A stretch of DNA of 59,087 bases, filler included, from Jimgerdemannia flammicorona (lineage: Eukaryota): assembly GCA_003990765.1 (NCBI GenBank). It is 3 parts of 3 records of this genome, joined end to end, with 100 filler letters (N's around TTAATTAATTAA, not from the genome) between each part and the next. Parts side by side here need not be neighbours in the genome. Positions count along the whole stretch, not along the records: positions 1 to 19,629 come from RBNJ01001891.1; positions 19,730 to 39,358 come from RBNJ01001892.1; 1 more part is not named here. One strand, written 5' to 3'. A program made the position numbers and the translations under genes. Position 1 is the first letter of the stretch, and every line of letters starts with the position of its first letter. The notes under the pieces are model-generated. The model searched no databases. It was given only the letters and a program-made list of their open reading frames with translations, and was not told where the DNA came from. Positions 11,807 through 24,500 of the stretch are shown here, piece after piece.

Positions 11807-12042
11807 GTTGGAATGAGCAGAGAGGCAAAGCAAGGTATCACAAAACTTGACTTGTAATAATCTTAATTTATTACAAATTATATATTTATGAAAATATTCA
11901 GTTAAAAAATCAATACCCCATTTCTGTGACAGCCCACGACCTGGGAATTTTGAACTGCATCTTTAATATAGTTTGTCAATGCATGCCTATATGGCGGTAT
12001 ACATCATTCAAAGTAAAACTCAGTTCATTTATTCGCAACATT

Positions 12043-13656
12043 TCAAGGCTGAGCAAGAAACTCCTTCACGTCGACAACCTTATTCTTCTGGCGAGCCTCT
12101 TCAGCTGCAAACACGTAAGCGTGCGACACTGCAATAGCAAGTCAGTTATGGACGGGAATCGGCAGATGTTAGCTAGCGAAGATAGCGATCCAATTTTCCA
12201 GGAGGGGTAGGGAAAGAAGAAAGAAATCAAGAAACGGAAAGCAGTTCCACTTACTCAGCGTTTCAGTCGGTGTTGGCAAACGCATAATCGACCCACTTAT
12301 GGGCGCTCCAGACTTAGCGGCAGCGACAGTATTAACGAAGGTGCCCATCAAGCCGGAGTCGCCGCCACCTGTAAAATTGCCAAGCACGGTGGAAATCAGG
12401 ACAGTTCGAAAAGCAACAAGGAAAGAAAATGAGGGTACACGAATACAAAGCTCCTACCATGTCCAGATAAATGAAAGTCCTCGCCGTTCTGTATCGCCTC
12501 GTTATACGGGTGTATCACCGTTCGGTTTTTCGACAGGAAATCAAACCAGGAGATCTCATTGGTCTCGTGGTCACAATCGAGCTGACCAAGGCTACCGTAA
12601 ATCCGTGTCTGCCATACGGGTCAGAGCCAGGAATAATGCGTCAACCAATGGCATTGTGTTAAGGCTTGGAAGAGCAGTCGTACATACCTTGCGTGCGCAT
12701 TGAGCCTCGGTGGTTGCAATCATGGTGAAGCTCGCGGTGGCGCCATTCGCAAATTGGAGATTGACCACCTAATCAAGTTTGGTAAGCAGGTAATAAACAA
12801 CAGATAACGATAAACAGGCATCATGATATAAAGATTTTCAGCATTTACCTGGTTATCCATAACGTTGTTATCACTTTCATAGACGCATTGACCATAGGGT
12901 CCGATTTTTAGTGCATCTGTAAGGTTCTCAATATCTACCAGTGAATAGAGCAGGAACAAAAAGGAAAAATTTCTTAAAATTGTGGATACCCAACAATTCA
13001 CTACTCGAACACGGAAGTAAAAATAAAATAAAAAATGACAGCAAGTTTCCCCTCCAGACTCACCGAGAACGTTAGTGACAACGTTAATCGGCCAACCTCT
13101 GTTACCGTTTTTGAAGTCGTCTATGTAAATCTTCTTGGCATCGTAAGGACATTGAGCCGCATGTGGGCAAGAAAGGCAGTTGCTATTGGCACATTGAATG
13201 GGCGATTTCGAGAATCATTTACAACGGACTCCAGGCAAATATGCAACCAAATAGACGGGCTCCTAAATATTCGCAAGAAAAGTTCACGCACATTGCATTG
13301 CCCGCCTCTTTGGGCTTATTGGCCTTGTTGAAGTGGTGGAGGGAGCCGAACGAGCTAACTTTCTGTAGAGGCGGTTAATCGCTAAGTGATAGTACGTCTG
13401 TATACATGGTTCTTGGTGAACTATGAATACATATATATATTCCGTACCTCAACGGGAATGCCCATAAACCATGCGATAATATCTATTTCACAATTTTAAG
13501 GTCATAATGAGTTTACATTAAGGTTATATTGGAATGTTGGACTCTTCTCCACAACTTCCGTCGATGCAACGTAGTGAATGTACGCGGAAGTCAAACATAC
13601 CAATGTCGTGGCAGCTCTGTTTATTCGCGGCCAAAAATATCATGTTAGTATTGGTC

Positions 13657-13708
<52 letters not shown>

Positions 13709-15067
13709 GGTAGGGAGCGTCTTGATCAGCTTCACCTTAGTCATCAATGAGAAACTTGACGTATTCTCATCTTTCCAATTTCCGCGTACGAACTGGAAAG
13801 CGAAAGCGACTAGTCATATTTTTTGTTTATGCTCTCAAAAAGACGTTCAACTAGCATTAGACGGACGGTCAACTCTCACTAGTAGTTATACCCACCGAAT
13901 GAGCAAAATGCCACCATCCCACCGGCTCCAGATGCTGAATATTGATAACATTGCCAAGCTTTCCGGAATCAAGAATAGATTTAATACGAAGGTTGAGAGG
14001 GTTATAGCGGAGAACATGACCTTGTTTATGAACCACAAAAAACAATCAACGAATCAGTTAATCAGTTGAGATGTGACTCTGCGGAAAGGAGCCATAGCAA
14101 CAACCAATGCTCATACCGATTCCGAAGAGTATCTGATACACAAAATGAATGTGTCAACACTTAATACAACGAACAATTTCGATGATTGAAACTTAGTGCC
14201 CCTCACAAACGTCATGCACAAACATTACCTCGTTCACTTTCACTGCCTCTATAATACGTTTGCATTCGTCAAGTTTTACGGCCATAGGTTTCTCTAAAAG
14301 TATGTGATACTTCAGATTTGCGAAAGCTACACAGGATGTTTCCCATAAATAAACAAAAAGTTAAAATAATTCTGAAATTCGGAAATCATTAAAGTTGAGA
14401 TATCATTGAGAAACACAAATTTTTGCTAACCAATAGCTGGCTCGACGTGAAACTGGTCCAGCGTGGTGATAACCACAGCGTCTGCGAATTTCGAACGGGA
14501 GGCAAACTTGGCACAGTGACGGAAATGAAAAAAAAAAAAAAAAAAAAAGGCTCTTCAGTTCGTGTGTTCTTTGACATAGCTGACAGCCCTTCACAGCGAG
14601 CAAACGGGTATACCTCCTTCCAATCGGTAACGTCATTTTCTTCTGGGATATTGTACATCTGCGAATGTGTATATAATTAAATACACGGTTTAGATCTATA
14701 ATTCTCATGCATCTGCCATCACGAAGACATCTAAACAGCCGACTAGGATTTCGCTGACCTTGGTGAAACTCTCCCTCCTGGTTTGAGAGCACAAATTCAC
14801 AGCCAATGTTAAAGCGCAATACAAGGCAAATCGAGTTTACAGCCTTAGAGTATCTTCATACCTGATCTGAACTGGCTCGGCCACGCCAATGACCTTCACT
14901 CGATCAGGGAACTTCAGAGCATAGCTGGCGTAAGCTGTGCCACTGATGACATTTTTCATTCAAATAAGCCAGAGAACGTGAAAGATATTTGATGTTAGCG
15001 AGTGCGAAATACCGTACCGTTGCCCGGCTCCGATAACAAGAATGGTGATGGGATTTGATTGAGACAT
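12043..15067 (-). CDS. Multi-exon Gfo/Idh/MocA-family NAD(P)-dependent oxidoreductase
   Basis: Exons with GT-AG introns read [65 protein letters not shown] (EKP motif), HVLRYNP...[55 protein letters not shown] and [14 protein letters not shown]. Some internal exon edges are not resolved. Confidence 0.9.
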
Positions 15068-15887
15068 AGCGAGAAAAGAAAGAGAGGTCCAGATGTGCAT
15101 GTGACAAAGATGCCTATTTATAATTACTTGTTCTTTGTGGCGCGGTAACGTCACGCAAGGACTTGGGCAATATAAACAGAGCCGTAAGGACCCAATGGTG
15201 TGAACATTAACGAATTTGTATCAGTATTGCCATAATCAAGTCATTTCTGATGAATTATCTCGAATACCGGCAGCGGTTAGCCGCCCGTCCACCTCATCAA
15301 TATGGACACGTTACGTGTATATCTCGGTGTATACCATATCATCGAGGAACAGTATCTGCATCAAAGTACGCCTCTCTCAAGATGAAAAGTGTACTCTACG
15401 AGCTCAGTGGGAACGACCTATACTCCCCGATTGCAATAATAAAAAGAACTTCCGTAAGGAGAAGAGCTTAAAGACGTTATACCACGCAGGTAAACTGCAG
15501 TACATGAGTCCGGCCGGGACAGAAACACAGCCTATATCCCCCTGATCGGGCCCCCCGTAGGCCATAGGGGGGAGTGCTTGAGACATCATGTCACAGCGAA
15601 CTGCAGTACATGTAGTGCTCCGAATTTGGACTTTGATTCGAAGCAGGTCTTGACTCGATTCGTTACAAAAGCCCGATTCTGTATGAGAGATGCTTGAGAT
15701 GTCATGTCACACGGCTAACTGCAATACATGATCCGGTTGCAAACTGGCGAGTGGCGAAAAGTACAAAGAGAGACAAGCTACAATGGATGTCGAAGAATGC
15801 CTAGGGAATATAGTTTTATAAAGCGAGCGGTCGCGAACATGTCACAGCTCGATGAACTGTGAGGAGTCACAGCCAATCAGCCCCTGC

Positions 15888-18800
15888 TCACACATTAAAC
15901 GTCATGACCATATCTTTAACTCGAAGCCTGACGCTCTTGTCGCCAGGCCACTCGAACTTGACGTCCCTCAGTATAATAGTCACCGGGAGTTCCGATTGCC
16001 TTTCTCCCCCGCCATCAATCCCGAATGGGTACGTTCGGTAAGCCTTCTGCGACGCGCTTAGTGCTCCCCTCCCACCTTTGTCCGTGCCGGAGGCGGCGGC
16101 GCCGGGGGGCACCCCAGCCGACAGTGACGACGCCAGGATGCCGAAGATGCCTGGGTTCGGGCGCCACATGCGGACAGTGCTATCTTGGACGGAGCACGAG
16201 ACGACAGCACGGCCGTCAGGAGAGAACGAAAGAGCCGTAACAGGCCCGGTGTGGCCCTAATGGATTTTGCACAAAAGCAATTTTCAGTTTGTGGCAATGC
16301 GAGAGAGATGCTGATCTCTTTGGTGCGACAAGCAGCGCTATATGATATCAACACTCTGACGACCTCCTTCATTCACTCACCTCAAGCACAACCCACCGTG
16401 TCGCCGTCCGCAGATCATACACGATCACCGCGCCCTCAAGCGTACCGACAGCCAGCTTTTGTGATGGACCATGGAAGTCGATGGAAGGATAGCTTCAGCG
16501 ATTAAGAATCAATAGGTCAGTAAATTTTGCATATTAATATACGGCACGGATTTCGACCGGAATTACGTCTATTTAATCCTCTTCAGTCACACCCTCATTT
16601 GGGTACACAAAAACTCACGTCTTCACCAGATCATGTAACATGGCAGTCGCAGTTTGCAAGGCAACTTCACGCATGTTCGGCACGTTTGGATCAAGTGTGC
16701 GCACGACGGCTTCGGCCACTCGGGGGACGGATGAGTACAGCAGAGCGGGTTTCTGTGAACCAATAGAGATATGAAGAGGAGTATTGGGAGAAAGGAGACT
16801 CGTTAGAACTTGCGCTACGTTGAATCAACATATTGGGCATTGCTGCTGACAAAACTTTATCCAGGCCAAAAAAAAAAAAAAAATGAACCATCCACTTCAC
16901 AAAGCTCTAGACACAAAAACAAAGCCCACTGACCTTCCTCACGACCAACGATATGACCCTCAATATAGCTGTTCGATCCGCGGGCTTCTTGGCGTTCATC
17001 AGGTCAAACGTCATCGTCGACACAAACAAGGGCGTGTTGGCTGTAGCAATTTGGAATATGGAGTTTCGGGCCTGCCGTGTGACCTGCGCCGACGTTGTCC
17101 CACTGGAGTTAGTATTAGAAGAAGAGAGCAGGCCCGAGGATGATCCCGACACCGGGAACTCTGCAGGTTCGCTGGTGGCATATGCAAAGAGGGTGCGGAG
17201 GAGCTCAGAAGTTTTGAGATGTGTTGGCAAGTGAAGAATGGTCAAGGATAAATAAAGGGAACTAATGTTGGTGCATATGGATTTGTGCTAAAAATGCGGT
17301 TGGACTAACGGAAGGCACACGCAAAATTATAATAAAAGGATATAAGGCTCCCATGTGGCAAATCCTCTTGCCAATAACTCCATAGCCGCAATCCGAGACG
17401 ACGCCTTGGAATCGTCATTGAGCAGCAACGTGAGAGACAAAGCTACGGCTTTGGTGATCCTGATCAGTTTGCGGTTAGCCAAGTCAACGAGATGAAGGTT
17501 TTTAGGTAGACGTCCACTGGCCCGAACTTTGGTAAAGCGCACTTACGCCGGCGAGAGCACCTCCGAATGATCCGAGCCCATGATTCCAAGGATGAACGTT
17601 GATCGTGTCATGAGCTGCGTACCAATCTCATGAGTCGTATTCACAGGAACTGTTGGATCGGACAATAAGGAGGGACAGAATCCCAAGCGGAACGCCATTA
17701 TTTATGATAACTCGTCATGCATACAAAAGAGAACGCTTCAGTTGAACTAAAACTCACGGAACGCCAGCCAATACTTCACCGTGGCGGACCTGACTTCGGG
17801 CCGCATGCACAACAGTGCGTTCGAGAAGAGGGTCCGCGCGGATTGTTGCACATCGACTACCAGACCCACGATGTACAGTAGGAAGGATGGATATTAGAGA
17901 ATTGAAGTCCATAACTTTGGATATCAATCCCACATATTATTGCTCGTCAATCCGGTCCAAACAACAGAACGAAAACGATAAGAAACTTTACTCGAAGTAT
18001 CTTGCCAATACTTGGACAATAGCGAGAAGCTCGGGTATGCGAACCGCTCCCCGATTATCTCGGGTAGGATGGAAGTGTAGTGCGTAATCAACTCCGTCGA
18101 CTGCGCCTCTAATCCTATTGTGGCATTATCCGGTAATTTGCTTTCAATTGAAGATTCTACGAATTCAAATGTTCGACATAAAAGAAATGAAATGTAACCT
18201 TTCACGGATAGAAGCGACCTAACAAGGGAGACAACGGCTAGCAAACGCGATGCGGAAACGACAGGAGAAACGGTCCAGAATTCGCGGGGGTCAACGGAGG
18301 GGGCAATCAATGAAAAGTTGCCGTTCGCGCTGTTTGTGAGGAACAAATAAACAGCTTATAAGTGGGGAGGGGGAGGGGAGGGATTGAAGCATGATGACAA
18401 ACTAAGCATTGGTCAGATATCATTATCGAACATGATCCAACGCCATCCATGCTTCGTCCCATCCTCCTCACCCCGAATCGTCATTAAACTCACCCCCTCA
18501 CCCCAAATGTCAGATTGGCCGCCGGCCTTCCCAACCCCAACGACCGCTCGCATGTCTGATCAATGGCCTGATCGATTCCCCACGACATCAACGCAGCCAC
18601 TACGGTCGACACAACCGATGTATCGGCCCTCTTCTCCTGGTCGCGCGGCGCGCCCTGCGAGGCCTTGAGAATCGTGAACGAAGTTGACGTAGAGGGTTCA
18701 GTACTGGTCGTGGGCGTCGGAGTCCCGATGACCTCCTCGCCTGCAGGTTCGGAAATGTCGACGGAGGGCCGTATGGAGGACAGGGTGGAATGGTAAACGT

Positions 18801-19629
18801 CGTTGACGAGGTGCTTGATGTTGATCATGAAGATCTGAAGTGCTGGAGTATCTGTTTTTTCGGGAGGTGAGCGGAAGAGAGGGAGGAGGAATTTTAACTG
18901 GGCAGGTATCGGTGGGTAATGTAGTTATGCAAGAAGGTCAATTTATGTCTAAATAACTCGTAGCCACAGTCTCGTACCATCTGCTCCAGAGTACACCGGG
19001 AACGACGTGACGGTCTGCCGGAAACTGTTGGTCTTGTAATCGTCCCCCTTGACACGACTGGTAAATTCAATGTAAGTCAGCCAATCCGGCAACGCATAGT
19101 CGCCTTCAGTGGTCTTTCACAACTTCTCTTGTGCCCGCTGCTGAACCGCTCTTGATGCAACCCTCGATCTCACTATCAATCCTCACAGTTTCATCCCAAT
19201 AACCCACAACTCCACAACCCCACGGCTTCGCAAAGAATCCGTCAACGACCCACCTACCTAACCTTCCATCTTGAATCGTCCATAACCTCCGCCGCGGTCC
19301 TACCTGACACGACACGATCGACGTGCGCGGTTTGGATCTGTTACCCGTTGTGCCCCCCCCCCCAAAAAAATAAATAAATAAATAAAACGTGACGTTACGC
19401 GAGATGCATGGACTTGTAAAGAACGACTCTGCAAGTTGTCTACCCGGCCAAATCAGCGACAACTCCAACTCCATCCATCGCGCACCTGCCATACGAACGC
19501 CGTCCCGTCTGAATACGCCATGATCAGGTAGTCCTCGGCGGGGCGCCACTGAATCTGGCAGAGCGGGTATGAGTGACCGGGAAATATGTACAGACTTCTC
19601 GCGACAGAATATTTCCCACGTAGAAAAAA
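15888..19629 (-). CDS. WDR7: 3' part of a multi-exon WDR7 (rabconnectin-3 beta)-like WD40 protein; the 5' end lies beyond the segment edge
   Basis: Exons read LYIFPGHSYPLCQIQWRPAEDYLIMAYSDGTAFVWQ, PSFSLLSKYWQD, RIAAMELLARGFATWEPYI, VAEAVVRTLDPN, YPSIDFHGPSQKLAVGTLEGAVIVYDLRT and GHTGPVTALSFSPDGRAVVSCS; stop at 15888. Confidence 0.82.
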
Positions 19630-19729
19630 NNNNNNNNNNNNNNNNNNNNNNNNNNNNNNNNNNNNNNNNNNNNTTAATTAATTAANNNNNNNNNNNNNNN
19701 NNNNNNNNNNNNNNNNNNNNNNNNNNNNN
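19630..19729. other. Artificial 100-bp spacer (N run with TTAATTAATTAA)
   Basis: All-frame stop linker embedded in Ns; the flanking segments are each 19,629 bp. Confidence 0.95.
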
Positions 19730-21174
19730 AAAATCAAGATCTTATAGTCCTCAAACTTCTTATCTTTAAACTGTCTTGTTATCTCTTAGATTACTTGTGT
19801 AGAACTAAGGGTAAGTGAACTGGAACTGACTTTATTTTGAAGGAAATAAGAGGGGTATTTATATAAAATATAATTCAATGATTACTAAGTTATAAAGCTA
19901 AATATAAATTCCAATAACTAAATAAAATACTGGAATACAGAAAACTACAGTTGTCAATACAGATTCCAGTATTGGTATAGATAGTTGTATAAGTTCAGAG
20001 TGCTGGTAGAATTCAGTAGTACAGGAAAAGGATGCTGGAAGAATTCTGAGTCACACAAGATCAGAATACTAGTGGAAGGATTAACTGTTATATAGGAAAA
20101 GAATGCTGGCAGAATTTGGTGTCACCAAGAACTTTAAAGCAGAATATTCAGGACCATGGGGGCTTCATTCTCATTATTGCTGAAAGAGATGAGATCTGTG
20201 AACATTTCATCTGTCTCATTATGTAGGTTGTGCAGAATGATGTCATCATTAATAACATTATCATGTTTAGTGATAGTGGCTCTCCAATCTATAACATTCT
20301 CTTCTACAAAATAAGGAACAAATATAGAGTCTTGGAAAGATCTAACCTAGATGCTGGGGTCTTGAAATGCTAATATCAATCCTTGTAGAAACTGATCTGG
20401 GTTGTTCTGAAGGATGGAATACCAGAACTCTTCTATCTTATCACTATTGAGGATAATAGTGGACTGGACCTCTGTAGCTACCATAGCTTCTAGTGCATTG
20501 ATACAATAGACTGACAGATCCCTGAAGTCTGAGACTCTGGTATACTCTAAGTTAGAGATCAACTATGGTACATATCTGAAGATATGATGAATCTTCTTAG
20601 CTGTCCTTATTTCATGTATATCCATAGGAGTGGTATCTTATAACTCTTGAGGGCTGGCTTGAGGGAATTCCTGGCAGAGAAGGTTTCCTATTTTGTATTC
20701 TTGTCACATCTGGAGGTATTCAGTAGCAATGGTGATTCTTGTTTCTATCTCATGGCAGTAGAGAATATAATGATAAGGGTTACTAGTACCCAGATTGATA
20801 CTAGGAGTCCTTATGGTGCAGGTCCTTATAGCTCTTCAGATATCTTAGAACATCCTTTCTTGGACTGAGAGACCTTGGTGGTTTCTTAATCTTGAGGTTT
20901 GGCGAGCAGCAGACATTTTGTTTGTAATAAGTCTTTTGAGCTATTTCAGGATTAGTGGGTCTTGTTGAGTTGCTGCTACTATGGTTTCTTGATCCTTCTT
21001 TTATATTCCTCAAGATGTTTGTATTGTGGTCTCAATGACTTATAGTTAGTCATCATTACTCATCTTGTAGTCTGGGTAAGTCATGCTATATGATCTTCTT
21101 GTGCTCTAATCTAGTGGCTTGCAAGGAAAGGCTGTCTCTTGTACTGATATCATCATTCTGAGGTCACCATTACA
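19730..21174 (-). repeat. 3' LTR of B copy 1 (truncated by the spacer)
   Basis: Minus strand CAGGAAGAAGA (PPT) then TGTAATGGTGACC; homologous to the other three B LTRs. Confidence 0.88.
20134..20916 (-). pseudogene. LTR-encoded accessory ORF3 (B family), unknown function
   Basis: 783-nt frame from ATG to ...PMVLNILL*, with transition-derived stops; homologous to 28766-29548 and to family C ORF3. Confidence 0.75.
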
Positions 21175-21538
21175 TCTTCTTCCTGAATAAGGATCTTCTT
21201 GAATATCCTTATTCATTGGTCCAGTCTTAAAAAATTTGTTAATCCCATAACCTCTGGCAGGGAGTCAAAAAGTAGTATTTATGGGCTAGCATCTTCTCTA
21301 TATATTTTGGCATAATGGTGAAGAGTCACTCCCTTCATATAGAGCAAGGGCCTGATTCTGATCTTGATCAATCAGTTGACAGTTTGAACTTCTCTGGCTT
21401 CAAAAGTCTCACAGATGAGTAGTTACTGATGCTGTATCTCTTAGAGAATGGTCCAGACAGATTGCCTGCTGGTTACAGGACATGCTGTTATGATTCCTGG
21501 ACTAGAACCTCATGAGTGATCATCACATTTTACTTCTC

Positions 21539-24500
21539 TTATATAGGTTCATAGTACTTCTTGAGTCTGTTCCTGTATACCATAGTAGGTAGTATGGTCC
21601 CTGAGAGTTTTCTAAGCCAGAAGGTAGTTTTTTTTGATATCTTACACATAGAAGGGTCTTTTCCATTTGGGCTTCAGTTTTCATGACCATGAGGCTTCTA
21701 CCATATTTCAATATAGTAGGACCTTTTCTCTGATTTGAATGAGTTCTAGAGTCTTGTGATTCTTTTCTGTATTCTTTCTTATCAGTACTTGTGACTTGAT
21801 GATGTAATTTTCAGTCTTCTTCCTGATTTGATGTAGTCTCCAGATTTCTGAGTCAATCAATCTCCAAGTTAGGTCAAGATTTTTAGCTGAGGTTCCATCA
21901 GAATCTTCTTCTCTAAAGAGCAGTTCTCTTAGAGTAAAGTATATACTCTATAACCATATGTCTTATAGGATAGAGTGAGCAGTTGGGAGGTAGTTATTCC
22001 AATTCTCATATGTGTCTGAGATCTTCACCAGGATGTTCTTGAGGGTCTTGTTGGTTCTCTCTATCTGTCTATTTCCTTGAGAGTGGTATATAGTGGTCTT
22101 GATATACTGAATCTTATATTTCTGATATATTATCTCATAGAATCCATTGACAAATTCTGTGCCATGGTCTGTAGTGATTTGCTTTGGTATCTTGTAGCAG
22201 CAGATAATTTCTCAATGTAGGAAGTCAGCTATAGAGAGGGCATTGGCTTCTTGTAATATTCCTGCTTCTATCTATTTAGTAAAGAGGTCTATAATAACTA
22301 TAATGTAGCAATTTCCTGATAGTGTTACTGGTAGTGGTCTAATGATATCTATTATGATGTAGTAGAAGGGAATAGGCTCAATACTTGATGACCCAGATGC
22401 CTGGTCTTACTGATCTTATTTCTGTTTTTGGCACTTGTCACACTTTTTGACAAATTGGTATAGGTCTTCTTCTATCTTGGACTACCATATAGTTCTTCTT
22501 GCCTTATCATATATATTGATTTCTTCTAGGTATCCTTATTTGTATACTTCCTTCATTACTTGATACTTCTTGTATTCAGGTATTATAAGCTTTTCTCTAT
22601 TTCTGAGTATGGTATTGTCTAGTTCAAACTATTTTCAAGTCTAGTTGATAATGGTGATTGTCCAGGGTTTGATGTGGTTGGACATTTTCCACTGTCCAAG
22701 ATAGCTGATTAATCTATAGTATAACTCCTTATTCATATTGAATAGTCTTGATGGGGGTGTTTTGGGGTATTCTTGAGAGTGTATCAGTATTGGCATTAGT
22801 TCTTTCTGGGCAGTACTTGACAGTATAGTTATACTATTGTAGTCTGTAGATTCATCTGATATATATTTCTTTGGAGTTCAGAGTGTGAAATAGCTAGATA
22901 AGAGCAGAATGATCTGTTTGAATAGTGAAGTATTTCTTAGCTAGATAGTAGTAGAACTTATCTACTGCCCAAACTACTGCTAAGCATTTGAGCTTATATG
23001 ACTTGTAGTTCTGTTTTGCTCTATGGGTACCTCAGCTTACATAGAAGATGACATATTTATATCTATCTTTCTTCTGAGCTAGGACTGCTCCAAGTCCTAT
23101 AGTACTTGCATCTGTCTGCAGGATGAACTCTAGATTCCAATCTGGTCTTCTGAGGATGGGTGCTTGGGTCAACTTAGTCTTGAGTTCATTGAAGATTTCT
23201 TGGCATTCTTTGGTCTATTAAAATTTGGTCTCCTTCTTCAGTAGCTCATAGATAGGTACTATAATATTGGAGTATCCTTTGATGAATCTTCTGTAGTAGG
23301 AGGTCAGTCCAAGGAAGATATGGACTTCTGTAGTTATTCTGAATCTTAGGTAGGCTGCAACAGTCTCAATCTTTATGGGGTCTGTGTAGATTCTGGTCTG
23401 GTTGATGAGATGTCCTAGGTAGGTGATTTTCTGAGCTGCAAACTTGTACTTCTGGGGCTTAATGTAGAAGCTATGCTCCTTGAGCTTCTTGAGAGCTAGC
23501 TATATATGGTTGATATATTTCTGTGCAGTATTGCTGAAGATGATTACATTATCAACATAGACAAAGAGCTATTTTCCAATCTCATTACTAAAGACTCTGT
23601 TCATTATTCACTGAAAACTTACTGAGGCATTGTATATTCCAAATGTCATTTGCAGATAGATATAGGTGACATCAGGTGTGATAAAGGCTGATTTCTCACT
23701 GGCATTTTGAGTGAGACCAATCTGATGGAAGTCTGAGAACAGATCCAAGGTAATATATATTTGGCTTTACTTCCAAGGGTAGTAAGGATTTTTTGAATAT
23801 TTGGTAAGAGCTGCCTATCCTTTTTAGTAATTGTATTGAGCTTTCTGTAGTCAATACAGAGTCTTGAGGCAAAATCTCCAGGCTTGCTTCCATTCTTTGG
23901 AGCAAGGACAATGGGTGAAGCCCAGGAACTGATAGCTTGCTTGATGATTCCAGCTTTTTCTATTTCCTTGAGTTCTGCTCACAGCCATTCTCTGTAGGCA
24001 GGTGGTATAGGTCTGGCTTTCTGGTAGATGGGCTTGGTATTATCAGTATCAACTTCATAATAGTACTTGGGTTCTTAATTGTGGATATCCCTGAAGTCTG
24101 TAGCAAGTACTCCTTCATTCTGATGCAGGATCTTGAGAAGTTGTTCTTCTAGGGAAAAGTTTTCTCCAATGGTATATGTGTGCTTGTTCTGGTCCTTGTC
24201 TTTCTTATGCTTAAGTTTGGTAATCTTGGTAGTAGTATAGGCTTCTCTTCCAGTAGATCCAAAGCCTTGTTCTCCTCTCTTGGTCTTGATGAGTTCAATG
24301 GCTTTAGTGATCTTGAAGTTCTTGATTTCATGGATCAGTATCTAGCCAATCCTGTCATATTTCTTGACTTCAAATGGGGTAGTGGAGTTGTGATTTCTGA
24401 CTATGAGGAAGATTTTGCCAGTGTAATAAGGGTCAATTACTCCTCCTTCAACTGAGATTTCACTTTTGGTCAGACTGCTCCTGGCCTTGATAATTCCAGT

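Noticed and set aside
15216..15545. 109-aa plus-strand ORF between the host genes
   Set aside because: It has a non-ATG start and no recognisable motif, so it is likely a chance ORF.
15490..15865. CRISPR-like array or hammerhead ribozyme
   Set aside because: There are only 2-4 imperfect repeats with long irregular spacers and no cas genes. The hairpin at 15537-15572 lacks the CUGAUGA/GAAA core.
19630..19729. TTAATTAATTAA palindrome in N runs (also 39359-39458), and apparent truncation of the WDR7-like gene by element B
   Set aside because: This is an artificial linker between three equal-length segments, so no biological adjacency can be inferred.
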